Counted from the first letter of the stretch, positions 1-16,485 are shown. The stretch is 64,000 bases of DNA from an uncultured cyanobacterium (GCA_963749915.1 CAVVOP010000021.1:320001-384000); one strand, 5' to 3'. Made by a program: numbers and translations. The notes: generated by a model from the sequence alone, not told the origin.

Positions 1-1088
1 GCTAGTTTAGTGGGCAAAGAAATAGGTTTAATTTCCTGACTATCACTATTAAAATTAATCGTGGCAAGAATGTTTGGTGAATTATAATCATAATCTCTTC
101 TTCTGCCCATCATTCCGCCTCCCATCATGCCCATTCCGCCCATCATACCCATACCACCTCGGTTATAAGGTAAATTTAAGAGGCGTAATTGTTTTAAATT
201 ACTATCTCCTTTGACTAGAATTTCTGCTCGTTGTCCCGGAGTTAAGAGTAATTGCCTCATTTGTTGGGGTGAATCAATTGCACGTCCATCAGTGGCAATC
301 AAATAAAATGAATTATTTTCTAAAGAAAGATTATAAAAACGAGAGGTAGAAGCATTAAGTATTCTTAATCTTAATAATTGCCCTTGAGATAAGGTAAAAT
401 TAGGGTTAATTTTGCCATTGACAGTAATTAAGTCTCCTTCTCTTCCCATCATCAATGGCATCATCTGAGAATTGATTAATCTACCATTATTATCAACCGC
501 AAAGTCTTGTAAAACCACAAATTCTTCTTTTGCTGACTTGATTTCAGGTATTTCGTCTAATTTTCCTCGGATAATAAATAAGCCAGCTAATCCTCCTGAA
601 AGTTGTTCGGCGACATATCCGTGGAGGTGAGGATGATACCATGCAGTGATACTGTCGTGATTATCAGGGATAATAAATTCGTAAAGAAACATTTGATTTG
701 GTTGTATTTCCAAAAAGACATTATCTGCATTACCCGTCGGGGAAATATGTAAGCCGTGATAATGTAAATTAGTGGGTTGATTTAGTTTATTGATAAATTT
801 GATTTTAACTTTGTCTCCTGCTTTAGCTTCTAAACGGGGGGCAGGAATTTGTCCATTGTAAGTTAGTAAAGAGACTTTTTGATTATCAATTATTACATCA
901 CTATAACCTGCTATTAAATCTACTTCTAGTAAACCATTTTTACTTTGATAAACCTTGCCTTCCCCATCAGGTAAATTGGCCCAAGATAAATTATTTTTCC
1001 GACGATTTTGCCAAAAATAGCTACCAATAATTTCCCCTGTAGTAACCATGACAAGGGCTAGTAGTTGACGTCGATCGAGTTTTTTCAT
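1..1088 (-). CDS. Multicopper oxidase (CueO/SufI-like), Tat-exported; 3' end runs off the window
   Basis: Not in the ORF track because it has no stop in the window. Manual translation from ATG at 1088 gives MKKLDRRQLL (twin-Arg motif), copper motifs TNLHYHGLH and WYHPHLHG, and a Met/Gly-rich loop GGMGMMGGMGMMGGGMMG. Confidence 0.9.
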   Translation of the reverse strand, partial: MKKLDRRQLLALVMVTTGEIIGSYFWQNRRKNNLSWANLPDGEGKVYQSKNGLLEVDLIAGYSDVIIDNQKVSLLTYNGQIPAPRLEAKAGDKVKIKFINKLNQPTNLHYHGLHISPTGNADNVFLEIQPNQMFLYEFIIPDNHDSITAWYHPHLHGYVAEQLSGGLAGLFIIRGKLDEIPEIKSAKEEFVVLQDFAVDNNGRLINSQMMPLMMGREGDLITVNGKINPNFTLSQGQLLRLRILNASTSRFYNLSLENNSFYLIATDGRAIDSPQQMRQLLLTPGQRAEILVKGDSNLKQLRLLNLPYNRGGMGMMGGMGMMGGGMMGRRRDYDYNSPNILATINFNSDSQEIKPISLPTKL

Positions 1089-1170
1089 TATTTCTAATTA
1101 GTAAAAAAATCCTAATCCCTGGTGTGTGTGTACCAATAGGCCTTGCCGGTACCGCTCATAAAATTTGATA

Positions 1171-3207
1171 CTATTTCATTTCGGCGATGGCACCCTTGGC
1201 CATATTTGCAATCGCCTGATCCGTCGCTTTAGGTAACTGATAGTAAGTACCTCCTGCTTGTTTTGCCAACTCCTTGCCGAAGCCGGTAGAAACAAATTTC
1301 TTTTCGGTGTCGATAACCAGCAATTTCATCCCCATAGCTCGGATTTTGCCCGCAATTTCCAGCAATTCTGCCTTAATATCGGGTTTTTCGCCCTCTGGGA
1401 TTTCATCACCTAAGGAGCGGGCTAAAGGTATATTACCCCGTCCATCAGTAATAGCTACAATCACCACCTGTCCAATATCCCCCGACATCTGTGCATTCAC
1501 TCCCACGTGAACCGCTTGACTTAAGGCATGGGATAAAGGTGAACCACCGCCACAAGGTAAAGTTTCGAGACGGCTTTTCGCTAAGGAAATAGAGCGAGTT
1601 GGAGGTAATAGGACATCGGCTTGTTCTCCCCTAAAGGGAATTAAGGCGACTTGATCTCGATTTTCGTAAGCTTCTGTCAATAAACGCATTACAGCTCCTT
1701 TAGCCGCTTGCATCCGGTTTAAAGCCATTGAGCCCGACGCATCCACCACAAAGACAATTAAAGCCCCTGCTTTCCTTGCAAGACGTTTTGACCTCAAATC
1801 TCCTTGCTCCACAATTACACGGCGATCGGGTTGTCTTAGACGGCGACTTTTTTGGTAAGGTGCAGCTGCCCTTAAGGTAGCATCAACGGCAATACGTTTT
1901 ACCTTACCTTTAGGTAGCATGGGTTTAATATAACGTCCTCTGTCATCAGAAAAAATGAGGTTACGAGCACCTGATTTACCCCGTCTTTGAGCCTGTTGGG
2001 CAAAATATAAGACGCTAGGGTCTAAGATGACCCCTTCCACATCGAAAACGAACTCATCTGGAATGCCGGGGGGTTCTTGTTGTTCTTGGCTTTCTTCCTC
2101 TTTTTTATCCTGATCCTGTTCTTGATTGTCTTCATCTTGCCCTTGTTGACCATCATCTTGATCTTGAGGTTGGGCTGGAGGCGTTGGTGGCGGTTGCATT
2201 TGATCTTCAGGAGGTTGTTGAATGATAGTTGTACGGGGAACAATTACTAATTCAACAGCTTTGCGCAAATCATCGGCTATGAGGTTATTTCTGCCTTCCA
2301 AAGCCGCCGCGGCCATGGCTACCCGTACAGCAAAAATTTCCGCCCGATGCCCTTCAACTCCTCCTCTGATGGCTTCTTCTACTAGGTATTTAATCTGTTC
2401 AGGAGTTATTTTAACTTCTTTGAGCCACTCCCGTGCAAGAATAATCTCAGTTTTGAGAGCGTCCATATCTTCCTCATACTGATGGAGGAATTTCAATGGG
2501 GATGCGGCATAGTCAATTACTTGATCTACTGCTTGGACCCTTTTATCTAATGTTAATACTTCATCGGCACTAAGAGCGATGGCAATTCTATCTAACAAAT
2601 GCTCTCTCAATGCTCCTTCTTCTGGGTTATAAGTAGCAATCAATAAGGGTTTACAGGGGTGAGAAAAACTGATGCCTTCCCTTTCAATCTGGTTTCTACC
2701 ATCGGTTAAGACGGTTAAAAGTTGGTTGGCAATTTGATCATCTAACAGGTTAATTTCATCTATATATAAAACCCCTCGATGAGCTTGGGCTAATAATCCG
2801 GGTTGAAATATGGGTTCCCCCCGTTTAACGGATTCTTCCACATCTACTGAACCTAAAAGGCGATCTTCTGTGACTCCTAAGGGTATTTGTATAAAAGGTG
2901 CAGGGATTACTTCCGTCGGGATTTGAGCGGGGGGAGTATGGGCGTATAAATTCCAGGTATCACTGTCCCAATCTTGGGAGTTTTGGGGATCACAGTTGAA
3001 GGGATTATCTTTGATTACTTCGATGGGTGGCAATAAAGCATGAATACCTCTAGCCATGACGGACTTAGCCGTACCCCGTTTGCCTGCGATCGCCACTCCT
3101 CCCAATCCGGGATCAACGGCGGCGAGTAACAAAGCGGTTTTTATGGCTTGTTGCCCAATAACGGCGGTCAAAGGAAAATTTATATTTGCGGTTGTTAATG
3201 TAGGCAT
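1171..3207 (-). CDS. chlD: Magnesium chelatase subunit D
   Basis: AAA module ([19 protein letters not shown]), Pro/acidic linker, C-terminal vWA domain with DASGSM MIDAS motif. Confidence 0.97.
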   Translation of the reverse strand: MPTLTTANINFPLTAVIGQQAIKTALLLAAVDPGLGGVAIAGKRGTAKSVMARGIHALLPPIEVIKDNPFNCDPQNSQDWDSDTWNLYAHTPPAQIPTEVIPAPFIQIPLGVTEDRLLGSVDVEESVKRGEPIFQPGLLAQAHRGVLYIDEINLLDDQIANQLLTVLTDGRNQIEREGISFSHPCKPLLIATYNPEEGALREHLLDRIAIALSADEVLTLDKRVQAVDQVIDYAASPLKFLHQYEEDMDALKTEIILAREWLKEVKITPEQIKYLVEEAIRGGVEGHRAEIFAVRVAMAAAALEGRNNLIADDLRKAVELVIVPRTTIIQQPPEDQMQPPPTPPAQPQDQDDGQQGQDEDNQEQDQDKKEEESQEQQEPPGIPDEFVFDVEGVILDPSVLYFAQQAQRRGKSGARNLIFSDDRGRYIKPMLPKGKVKRIAVDATLRAAAPYQKSRRLRQPDRRVIVEQGDLRSKRLARKAGALIVFVVDASGSMALNRMQAAKGAVMRLLTEAYENRDQVALIPFRGEQADVLLPPTRSISLAKSRLETLPCGGGSPLSHALSQAVHVGVNAQMSGDIGQVVIVAITDGRGNIPLARSLGDEIPEGEKPDIKAELLEIAGKIRAMGMKLLVIDTEKKFVSTGFGKELAKQAGGTYYQLPKATDQAIANMAKGAIAEMK

Positions 3208-3441
3208 TAAGATGTGAAACTTGTTATATGATAATCAGGTGATGATTTTAAACTTTCTTCTACCCGAGAAAGAATTAAGGAAGAGTCCATCATGATTTTT
3301 TTTTTTGACTTCTACTATTGTTAGTATTAGTTATAGTATTATAACCGTTAACTTTACTCTCCTCCTCTCACTCCTTTTTTCGCCTATTCATGATTCACTG
3401 TAGGCTATATCTTATTTTCTGTTTCCTTATCTTAAACTATT

Positions 3442-4239
3442 ATGATTCACGGTTTTATTCCCCCCGAAAGATTTTTTGCTTATTTGACATGGCAAGAAAT
3501 TGAGACGATGAAAAAAAAAGAGAATACTGTCATTATCCAACCCATCGGTGCCGTTGAACAACACGGCTATCATTTACCCTTAATTGTGGACTCAGCTATC
3601 AGCCAAGGAGTATTAGGAAAGGCTTTAAGTTTGTTAAATCCTGATATTCCGGCTTATGCCTTACCTACCCTTTATTCTGGTAAATCTAATGAACATGAAG
3701 GCTTTGCTGGTACAATTAGCCTATCAATGACTACGCTATATTCTTTAATAGAAGAAACGGCAACAAGTATTTATAATGCCGGTTTTCGCAAATTAGTCTT
3801 AATGAATTCTCATGGCGGACAACCGCAAGTCATGGAAGTCGTAGCACGAGACTTACACCAAAAATTTCCAGATTTAGCGATTTTTCCACTCTTTACTTGG
3901 AAAGTACCAAATATCACTAATGACTTGTTGACGGAGGAAGAGAAAAAATTAGGCATTCATGCCGGAGATGCAGAAACTAGTTTGATGTTGGCTTTATTAC
4001 CGAATCAGGTGAGAATGGATTTAGCGGTAAAAGAATATCCCCGTAATTTAACACCCGATAGTTTATTATCTATGGAAGGAAATCTACCTTTTGCATGGTT
4101 AACCAGAGAAGTAAGCGAAAGTGGTGTTATGGGAGACCCAACAGTAGCCACAAAAGAAAAAGGCGATCTCATCTTGACATCCTTAGCACAGGGTTGGATA
4201 AAGGTAATTGAGAATATATATAAGTTTAAGATGATTTAA
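3442..4239 (+). CDS. Creatininase/creatinine amidohydrolase family protein
   Basis: Motifs GAVEQHGYHLP, NSHGGQ and HAGDAETS. Confidence 0.9.
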   Translation: MIHGFIPPERFFAYLTWQEIETMKKKENTVIIQPIGAVEQHGYHLPLIVDSAISQGVLGKALSLLNPDIPAYALPTLYSGKSNEHEGFAGTISLSMTTLYSLIEETATSIYNAGFRKLVLMNSHGGQPQVMEVVARDLHQKFPDLAIFPLFTWKVPNITNDLLTEEEKKLGIHAGDAETSLMLALLPNQVRMDLAVKEYPRNLTPDSLLSMEGNLPFAWLTREVSESGVMGDPTVATKEKGDLILTSLAQGWIKVIENIYKFKMI

Positions 4240-4534
4240 AAATTTGTTGTGCGTTGAGAAGAGATTGAATTACTTGTTCCGTATCTATTAATCTTTTTAA
4301 CACCACCTGACCAATATTTAGAGATAGTTTGGCATTTTCATTAATGGGAATAACTTCCACCATCATTATAGTATCTTCTACCTCATGTAACCATAAAACT
4401 TGGTTATTTTCTATCATCCCAAGGGGTAAACTTTGAATATGGGGTTTTCTGCGCCAAACATTTTCATTCCAAATACCGCCCCTTTCCCAAATCCGATTAT
4501 AAGTCCATCCTTCCGCCAGAAAAAAGTATTTCAT
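4226..4534 (-). CDS. Conserved cyanobacterial hypothetical protein
   Basis: ORF track entry 4226..4618; ATG at 4534 (MKYFFLAEGW) looks the more plausible start. Confidence 0.7.
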   Translation of the reverse strand: MKYFFLAEGWTYNRIWERGGIWNENVWRRKPHIQSLPLGMIENNQVLWLHEVEDTIMMVEVIPINENAKLSLNIGQVVLKRLIDTEQVIQSLLNAQQIFKSS

Positions 4535-4663
4535 AAGTAGGTAAATAAAGTTAATTATATATTCGATCTCAATGAGAAGATGCTCAGTACGGGAGAAAAA
4601 ACAAATAATATCAATCAAATAAAAAGCAACAATTCATAACCTATTACTTATTACTGATCTATT

Positions 4664-7600
4664 ATGATTCCTCGCCAATTAACCCTTCAAAATTTTCTTA
4701 GTTATCGTCAAGCAACATTAGATTTTTCTGGCCTACATACTGCCTGTATTTGTGGTGCAAACGGTGCTGGAAAATCCTCTCTCTTAGAAGCGATTACTTG
4801 GGCAATTTGGGGTAAAACTCGTACTACCACAGAGGATGATGTTATTTATTTAGGAGAAAAAAATGCCAGGGTGGATTTCGAGTTTATTTATAATAATGAA
4901 TATTACAGAGTCATTCGCACTCGTCAAAAAAAAGGAAGCGGCACTTTGGATTTTCAAATCATTAATAATAGTGGTTATAAATCCCTCTCAGGAAAAAATA
5001 TCACTGATACTCAAAAACACATTATCAAATGTCTAAAAATTGACTATGATACCTTCATTAATTCTGCCTATTTAAGGCAGGGTAGAGCCGATGAATTTAT
5101 GTTACGAAAACCAACGGAAAGAAAAAAAATTCTTGCAGATTTATTAAAGTTAGATCAATATGAAACATTGGCAGAAGAATCTAAAGATTTAGCTAAACAA
5201 TATAAAATTCGCAGTGAAGATATAAGTCAACAAATAGAGGATGTTGAAAGTAAATTAGAAGAAAAAGAAGCTATTAAATTAGAGTTAAAAAATAATCATA
5301 AAGATTTAGAATATTTTCAATCTTTAGAACAAGAAAAAATAGCAAAATTAGAAGCTATTAAAAATTTATATAATCAACGAGAAACATTGAAAAAAAGATT
5401 AACCTGGCAACAAAATCAACTAGATAATATTTTGTGGAAAATTCAACAACTAGAAACAGAAAGGATTAATGTTGACACTGAAGTTAATAATTTAAGTATT
5501 ATTTTGGAACAAGAAAAAGATATTTTATTAAAATACGAAAAATTACAGAGTTTAATAGAAGAGGATAAAGAATTCAGTCAAAAATTTACTGCCTATCAAC
5601 AATTATTAGGAACAAAGCAAAAGTTAGAGCGAAAATTAAGAGAAGAAAGCAATAATTTAATTTTAGCAATTCAAAGGGAAAAAACCAACCTTGAAAATTT
5701 GCTTAAACAGGAGAAAGAATTACGAAAAATTATTAGCAAAAGTAATGATTTAACCTCCGATTTAGAAAGACTCAATGTTTTGCGTCAAAGATTAAATGAA
5801 TTAGATAAAATTCAACTAGAAATTACTCCTTTCTTGCAACAACAACAAAATATTAAAACCGCATTAGAAAGAGAAAAGGTAAGATTACAGGCTAAATTAG
5901 AGCAGTTACAAGAAAAAGAATTAACTATGGAAGCTACATTAGCAGAAGTACCGAGTAAAAGACAAAAATTTTTTACATTAGAAAAACGGCTAAAAAAATT
6001 AGAAGATAACAGAAATTATCAAAAAAGAATCCAAGAAAAAGGAGAGGAAAAAAAAGGTTTAATTCAACGATATATTGATCAACAAAAAAGTTTAGCTAAG
6101 CAAATTTTGAAATTAAATAATAAGCTAGAAATGTTAAATAAAGATCATGCTATTTGCCCATTATGCGAAAGGGAATTAGACGAGAATCACTTAGCTCATG
6201 TTATCAGCAAAACTAGGGAAGAAGAAAAACAAATAGAATCGGAATCCTGGCATTATGAAACGGAAATTGTTAACTGTAAAAGAGAGTTAGAAAAGTTAAG
6301 AAATGAATATGGAAAATTAAATGAAGAATTAGCCAATGAAAATAGTTTAAAACAAGATTATGCTAAACTCGAAAATCAATTAGATTTAACAGAAGATATT
6401 TATAGTCAATACGAGGAAATTCAACAACAAAAGGCTGAATTAATAAAATTGTTAGATACCGAGAATTATTCTCAATCCTTACATTCAGAGCTAATTAATA
6501 TTGAGGAAAAAATCCTAAAATTAAACTATAATGAAAAAGATCATGCTTTAGTAAGACAAGAGGAATCTAATTTAAGAAAAATAGAATTTCAACAGTTAAA
6601 AATTAAAGATGCCCAAAAAGACTTAGATAAGTTATTAAAGCAAAAACCAGGGTCAGAATCCCAAATTCATCAGTTAGAAATAGACTTACGGAAACTAACA
6701 AACAACTCTCCTATCCAATTAGAAATAAATGATATTGAAACTCAAATTAGAACTGTTAACTATGACAGCGGTTATCACAATAATGTGAGAAATAATTTAC
6801 AAAGTTTACAAAGTTATCAACTTAAATATGCAGAGTTACAACAGGCTCAAAAACAACATCCTCAATTGATAGAAAAATTACATCAATTAATAGCCAGTTT
6901 GGAAAATTATCAACGGGAAAAAATCACAGGGGAACAAGAATTTAATATTATTAATGAACAATTATTTCAACTTACAGATTATAGTCAAGAATTAAATAGT
7001 TTAACCAGAGAATGCTCTCAATATCGAGAAAATATTAATAACTTATTAAGAAAAAAAGGCGGATTAGAACAATCTTTAACTAATTTAAAAGATAGAGAAA
7101 ATGAAAGAGAAAAATTAGAAAAGACATTACAAGAATCCCAGAAAAACTACCGTATTTATCAAGAATTAGGAATTGCCTTTGGCAAAAACGGTATTCAGTC
7201 TCTAATGATTGAGAATATCTTACCTGAACTAGAAACAGAAGCAAATAATATTTTATCTCGTTTGACTGGTGGACAATTAAATGTTCAATTTTTAACTCAA
7301 AAACCTAAATCGAGTCGTAGTAAATCCTCCTCTTCTCAGTTCAAAGACACCTTAGAAATTATCATTTCTGATGCTCAAGGGACAAGATCCTATGAAACTT
7401 ATTCCGGTGGTGAGGCATTCCGGATTAATTTCGCTATTCGTTTAGCCTTGTCTCGTATTTTAGCCCAAAGATCCGGTACAGCACTACAATTATTGATTAT
7501 TGATGAAGGTTTTGGGACTCAAGATTCTGAAGGTTGCGATCGCCTAATTGCTGCTTTAAATGCTATTGCCGAAGATTTTGCTTGTATCTTGACAGTAACT

Positions 7601-7687
7601 CACATGCCACAATTTAAGGAGGCATTTCAGACGAGAATAGAAGTATATAAAACAGAAACTGGTTCAAAAATCCAACTTTCCACTTAA
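4664..7687 (+). CDS. sbcC: SbcC/Rad50-like SMC ATPase
   Basis: Walker A GANGAGKSS, long coiled coil with Zn hook CPLC, signature YSGGE, Walker B LLIIDEGFG. Confidence 0.93.
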   Translation: MIPRQLTLQNFLSYRQATLDFSGLHTACICGANGAGKSSLLEAITWAIWGKTRTTTEDDVIYLGEKNARVDFEFIYNNEYYRVIRTRQKKGSGTLDFQIINNSGYKSLSGKNITDTQKHIIKCLKIDYDTFINSAYLRQGRADEFMLRKPTERKKILADLLKLDQYETLAEESKDLAKQYKIRSEDISQQIEDVESKLEEKEAIKLELKNNHKDLEYFQSLEQEKIAKLEAIKNLYNQRETLKKRLTWQQNQLDNILWKIQQLETERINVDTEVNNLSIILEQEKDILLKYEKLQSLIEEDKEFSQKFTAYQQLLGTKQKLERKLREESNNLILAIQREKTNLENLLKQEKELRKIISKSNDLTSDLERLNVLRQRLNELDKIQLEITPFLQQQQNIKTALEREKVRLQAKLEQLQEKELTMEATLAEVPSKRQKFFTLEKRLKKLEDNRNYQKRIQEKGEEKKGLIQRYIDQQKSLAKQILKLNNKLEMLNKDHAICPLCERELDENHLAHVISKTREEEKQIESESWHYETEIVNCKRELEKLRNEYGKLNEELANENSLKQDYAKLENQLDLTEDIYSQYEEIQQQKAELIKLLDTENYSQSLHSELINIEEKILKLNYNEKDHALVRQEESNLRKIEFQQLKIKDAQKDLDKLLKQKPGSESQIHQLEIDLRKLTNNSPIQLEINDIETQIRTVNYDSGYHNNVRNNLQSLQSYQLKYAELQQAQKQHPQLIEKLHQLIASLENYQREKITGEQEFNIINEQLFQLTDYSQELNSLTRECSQYRENINNLLRKKGGLEQSLTNLKDRENEREKLEKTLQESQKNYRIYQELGIAFGKNGIQSLMIENILPELETEANNILSRLTGGQLNVQFLTQKPKSSRSKSSSSQFKDTLEIIISDAQGTRSYETYSGGEAFRINFAIRLALSRILAQRSGTALQLLIIDEGFGTQDSEGCDRLIAALNAIAEDFACILTVTHMPQFKEAFQTRIEVYKTETGSKIQLST

Positions 7688-7808
7688 GTTAGGAGTTATA
7701 AATCCAAAACCTTTGAAGATAAAGAGAAAAACCACAATAGTTAATCCGGGCGATCACATTATTAAAAATAATCCTTGTCAAACTCCTCTGGGACAACTCC
7801 AAACTCTC

Positions 7809-8702
7809 CTAACTACGAGGATAAAGTTGCATTAATTTTCTCACTTCTTCCGCGTGATAAGAACTACGGGTAAGGGGAGATGAGACTACTTGTAAAAATC
7901 CTAATTTTGCTCCATATTCTGCCCAAGAATTAAATTGTGCTGGGGTGACAAATTCTTTTACCTCTAAATGATGTTGAGATGGTTGTAAATATTGTCCAAT
8001 GGTGAGAATATCGCAGTCAACTTTCCGTAAATCTTCCATTACTTGTTTTACTTCTGCGTCGGTTTCTCCTAAACCTACCATAATCCCTGACTTTATATAG
8101 GTTTTGGGGCATAATTCCCTGGTTTTCTTCAATAACTCCAGGGAGCGATCATATTCCCCTTGAGGGCGAACTTTACGATATAATCTGGAGATGGTTTCTG
8201 TGTTATGATTTAAAACCTCTGGTTGAGCCTGTAAAATAGTTTCTAAAGCTTTCCAATTGCCACATAAATCAGGGATTAAAACCTCAATAGTGGTATTTGG
8301 CGATAATTGTCTAGTTTCTGTAATACAAGACACGAATTGACTAGCACCACCATCTGCTAAGTCATCCCGATTCACGGACGTAATGACCACATGATTCAGA
8401 TTAAGCTTTTTTACCGCTCTTGCTAACCGTAATGGCTCTGTACTATCAAGTTCCCTGGGGGTTTTATCAAAATCGATGTCACAATAAGGACAAGCACGGG
8501 TACAAGAAGGACCCATAATTAAAAATGTAGCAGTACCGGAGTTAAAACACTCACCCATATTTGGACAAGATGCTTCCTCACACACTGTATTTAAGTTCAA
8601 ATCCCGCAAAATATCCTTAACGCTACCAACCCTTTGAATTTGCGGTGCTTTTACCCTTAGCCAATCTGGTTTTATCGTCACAGTGTTTAATCTTTCGCTC
8701 AC
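7809..8702 (-). CDS. lipA: Lipoyl synthase
   Basis: [12 protein letters not shown] auxiliary-cluster motif, radical [12 protein letters not shown]-terminal RSSYHA. Confidence 0.96.
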   Translation of the reverse strand: MSERLNTVTIKPDWLRVKAPQIQRVGSVKDILRDLNLNTVCEEASCPNMGECFNSGTATFLIMGPSCTRACPYCDIDFDKTPRELDSTEPLRLARAVKKLNLNHVVITSVNRDDLADGGASQFVSCITETRQLSPNTTIEVLIPDLCGNWKALETILQAQPEVLNHNTETISRLYRKVRPQGEYDRSLELLKKTRELCPKTYIKSGIMVGLGETDAEVKQVMEDLRKVDCDILTIGQYLQPSQHHLEVKEFVTPAQFNSWAEYGAKLGFLQVVSSPLTRSSYHAEEVRKLMQLYPRS

Positions 8703-8845
8703 GCCAACTTTTCTCTAATAATAACTATTTTTAAGTAAAGATCAATCTGCCCTCAGTGGAATTATCGTCTCAAATCGCGGACGCCCCCTAATTTCAGTAC
8801 ATGGAAAAGTTTTCGTTTAAGGGCGATCGCAATTATTTTTGACAA

Positions 8846-9580
8846 TTACCATTGCAAATCCTCTGGTGCAACTTTGGTTTGATGACACTCGATGCGAATA
8901 ATCTCCCCGCTACGCATAGTAATAACTCGATCGCTCATCGCTGCAATCCCTGCATTGTGAGTAATCAAAGCAGTAGTTGTGCCCAATTCTCGATTCACTC
9001 GCTCTAATACTTGCAACACCAACTTCCCTGTTTGAAAATCCAATGCCCCTGTAGGTTCATCACAGAGCAATACTTGGGGACGTTTAGCAATAGCACGGGC
9101 GATTGCGACTCGTTGTTGTTCTCCTCCTGATAGTTGAGCGGGAAAATGATTGAGGCGATGTTCTAATCCGACTAATCTTAATGCTTCACTTGGTCTCATG
9201 GGATAGTCAGCTATTTCGGTAACTAAAGCCACATTTTCTTTTGCTGTTAGACTAGGAATTAAATTATAAAATTGAAAGACAAAGCCAACATATTTGCGTC
9301 TAAAGCTAGTCAAAGCCTGATCTCCTGCTTTAGTCAGATCTCGATGGGCAAAAATGACCTGTCCACTGGTAGGGATATCTAAACCACCTAGAATATTCAA
9401 TAAAGTAGATTTTCCGCTACCAGAAGCCCCTAATAAGACTAACAATTCTCCTGGGTATAAATCGAGACTGACGTTTTTTAAGGCCTGAACCGAAACTTCT
9501 CCCATCTCGTAGACTTTAGTAATATTCCGTATACGAAAAATAGGTAATGTTATACCTTGCTGAGAAATATTATTACTCAT
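8846..9580 (-). CDS. ABC transporter ATP-binding protein (LolD/MacB/DevA-like)
   Basis: [34 protein letters not shown]; no permease adjacent. Confidence 0.92.
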   Translation of the reverse strand: MSNNISQQGITLPIFRIRNITKVYEMGEVSVQALKNVSLDLYPGELLVLLGASGSGKSTLLNILGGLDIPTSGQVIFAHRDLTKAGDQALTSFRRKYVGFVFQFYNLIPSLTAKENVALVTEIADYPMRPSEALRLVGLEHRLNHFPAQLSGGEQQRVAIARAIAKRPQVLLCDEPTGALDFQTGKLVLQVLERVNRELGTTTALITHNAGIAAMSDRVITMRSGEIIRIECHQTKVAPEDLQW

Positions 9581-9866
9581 AAAATTTATTGCGCCAAGAT
9601 TGCACCAAGTTCAGCTCCCTGTTAACCTAGCGTGAGTTCGATGAAAAAAAGTACCACAAATCCCAAAAAAGCTGAGAATAAATTTGAATATTATTAATAA
9701 TAGTGTATCTCGACTCGACATCACCCCAGGGTAATCGCATTTTGTTTGCTATGAATTAATGATTCAGTCCCTCACAATAAATTGAAAATGAAGTCCTAAA
9801 ACCCTTATCAACAAGAAGATGCAGCCCTAATAACTTGAGATTTTCAAAATTTTTTGCAAAAAAAAG

Positions 9867-9895
9867 TTGCTAATTAGAGAATGGTAAGTTATATT
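9867..9895 (+). promoter_or_regulatory. Putative sigma70-type rrn promoter
   Basis: TTGCTA-N17-TATATT preceded by A/T tracts, about 210 bp upstream of 16S; boxA-like GAACCTCGACAA near 9940. Confidence 0.6.
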
Positions 9896-10106
9896 AGTAG
9901 ATGTGCGGTTGAGGTCAACACCTCAGTCTAACGCACCAAGAACCTCGACAATTCAATAGTTTGAAAGCCATTTTCAAATAAAACACCCTTGTGAAAGAAC
10001 TTTAAAGAAAATCTTAAAATTAAGTTTTAACTCAATTTTAATTGTAGAAGAGCAAGTAAAACTACTTCAAAAGTCAGACAGAACCAGAAAAAGGTGAAGA
10101 AAGACT

Positions 10107-11592
<1,486 letters not shown>

Positions 11593-11662
11593 AAGGGAGA
11601 TTTCCGAAAAGGAAATCCACAAGAGTGGAAAAAGGCTTTCAAACTATGAAAAGGGGTTTGAT

Positions 11663-11736
<74 letters not shown>

Positions 11737-11791
11737 CTAAAAACCCAGAACCCAGAACCGGAAACCACAAAGGGAAGAGGAAACCGAAAAA

Positions 11792-11867
11792 GGGGGTATA
11801 GCTCAGTTGGTAGAGCGCCTGCTTTGCAAGCAGGATGTCAGCGGTTCGAGTCCGCTTACCTCCACCA
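11792..11867 (+). tRNA. trnA: tRNA-Ala(UGC)
   Basis: GGGGGTATAGCTCAG...CTTTGCAAG...GGTTCGAGTCC...CTCCACCA (CCA encoded). Confidence 0.98.
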
Positions 11868-11971
11868 GAAGAACAAATTAGCACCAAAAAAATGGCTGCT
11901 GAACCATTGTTCAGTAAGAACCTTGAAAACTGCATAGAAAAAAAGAGGTAAAGCTGTAGAAATTACAGACA

Positions 11972-14754
<2,783 letters not shown>

Positions 14755-14813
14755 CATCTTTAAACCTCAAAAAATCTATGCAGTCTTGAAGGTGATTTAA
14801 CTTTCAAAGTCTT

Positions 14814-14931
14814 AGCTGGTGTGTATAGCATTGTGGAACCACTACGATCCATCTCGAACTCGTGGGTGAAACGCAATCGCGGCGACGATACTCCTGGGGG
14901 GACCCGGTGGGACAATAGTTCCATGCCAGCT
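14814..14931 (+). rRNA. rrf: 5S rRNA
   Basis: AGCTGGTG...CGATCCATCTCGAACTCG...GTGAAAC...ATGCCAGCT with complementary ends, about 118 nt. Confidence 0.96.
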
Positions 14932-14997
14932 TCAATACTCCCATCAAAAATCTTCCCCAACCCTACTCGGAGAACTACCACCGCCGAGGAATTAACC

Positions 14998-16350
14998 ATG
15001 AATCCCTCATCTTCGGACTCTGTCCATCTCAACGAAAAAATTCGCCAACAATACGATTTTTTACCCTATCCAGAGTCAGATATAGAATATCTCCCCAAAG
15101 ATAAATTACAGAGTTTATTTATTCACAGTTTAGCCACGCCCTATTATCTACGTTATCAGAGAGTAATAGATCCTAAAGATAAAATTATTCTGGATGCCGG
15201 TTGCGGTAGTGGGCTTCAATCTCTGGTGCTTGCCCTAGCCAATCCCGGTGCCAGAATTGTCGGAGTGGATATTTCTCCCAAATCTATTGAACTGGCTAGT
15301 CAACGTTTAGCTTATCATGGCTTTGAAAATACTGAATTTCATACATTATCTTTAGATAACCTTGAATCTTTAGGTTATCAATTTGATTACATTAACTGCG
15401 ATGAAGTTCTTTATCTATTACCCAACCCGGGAGAAATGTTAAAACTTTTCAATTCCTTACTCAAACCTCAAGGAATTATTCGTTCTAATCTTCACAGCTA
15501 TTACCAAAGACAAGCTTTTTTTCGCAGCCAAGAAGCCTTTAAATTACTTGGTTTATTTGACGAGTCCTCGACAGAAACAGCTATTGAGGTTGTTAAAGAT
15601 ACCCTAGATAGTCTTAAAGATACGGTTAAACTGAAACAATTATTTAGGGGATTTGCAGAAAATCAAAAACCTAATTCTAAACAAATTAAAGAATGGATAT
15701 TAGTTAATTATCTAATTCAAGGAGATAAAGGATACACGGTAAAACAACTCTTTGACTTTCTTGAGGGGGCAGAATTAGACTTTTTGTCCATGGTAAATTG
15801 GCGACAATGGGACATTAATATTTTATTCCAAGATCCGGAAAATTTACCCCTATTTTGGCAATGGGGATTAGAAGAAGCGTCAGAAACAGAAAAATTACAG
15901 TTATTTGAACTTTTTGAACCTATACACCGATTATTAGACTTTTGGGCAATGAAAAAAGATGAGACACCTCTCCCCATCTCGCCTTTACATTGGTCCAATC
16001 AGCAATGGTTATCTTGTCGGATTTATCTGAATCCTGTGCTGAGTCAAGAAAAGGTCAAAGAAGATTTATGCCAAGCAATCACAACCCATAACAGTTTTAC
16101 CATCAGTAAATATATTCCCTTGCCGACAATCGTTCCCATTGTGATTGATGGTTTATTTGCCTCTTGTCTGTTGCCTTTGTGGGAATCTCCCCAATCTTTT
16201 AATGCTTTGGTAGAACGCTGGATACTGCTGCAACCAATAGACCCAGTGACTTTAACTCCCAAAACGGAAGATCAGGCCTGTCAGGAAATTCAAGAACTAT
16301 TAACAAAATTAGAAACTTTCACTTATCTACTACTAGAAATTTCCCCATGA
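14998..16350 (+). CDS. Class I SAM-dependent methyltransferase with C-terminal extension
   Basis: ILDAGCGSG motif I and FDYINCDEVLY. The true start is likely ATG 14998 after GAGGA; the ORF-track extension to 14821 runs through the 5S rRNA. Confidence 0.88.
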   Translation: MNPSSSDSVHLNEKIRQQYDFLPYPESDIEYLPKDKLQSLFIHSLATPYYLRYQRVIDPKDKIILDAGCGSGLQSLVLALANPGARIVGVDISPKSIELASQRLAYHGFENTEFHTLSLDNLESLGYQFDYINCDEVLYLLPNPGEMLKLFNSLLKPQGIIRSNLHSYYQRQAFFRSQEAFKLLGLFDESSTETAIEVVKDTLDSLKDTVKLKQLFRGFAENQKPNSKQIKEWILVNYLIQGDKGYTVKQLFDFLEGAELDFLSMVNWRQWDINILFQDPENLPLFWQWGLEEASETEKLQLFELFEPIHRLLDFWAMKKDETPLPISPLHWSNQQWLSCRIYLNPVLSQEKVKEDLCQAITTHNSFTISKYIPLPTIVPIVIDGLFASCLLPLWESPQSFNALVERWILLQPIDPVTLTPKTEDQACQEIQELLTKLETFTYLLLEISP

Positions 16351-16485
16351 GAATATCCCATTGTAGATTTGATAAAACAAAATGAGAACGTAGTTTGTAG
16401 TCTCTATTTTGTCTTACACATAGAACAAGCCCAAAAACATTTATATACATACTATATGGATTTTAGATTTCTTCTATCCCACCCT

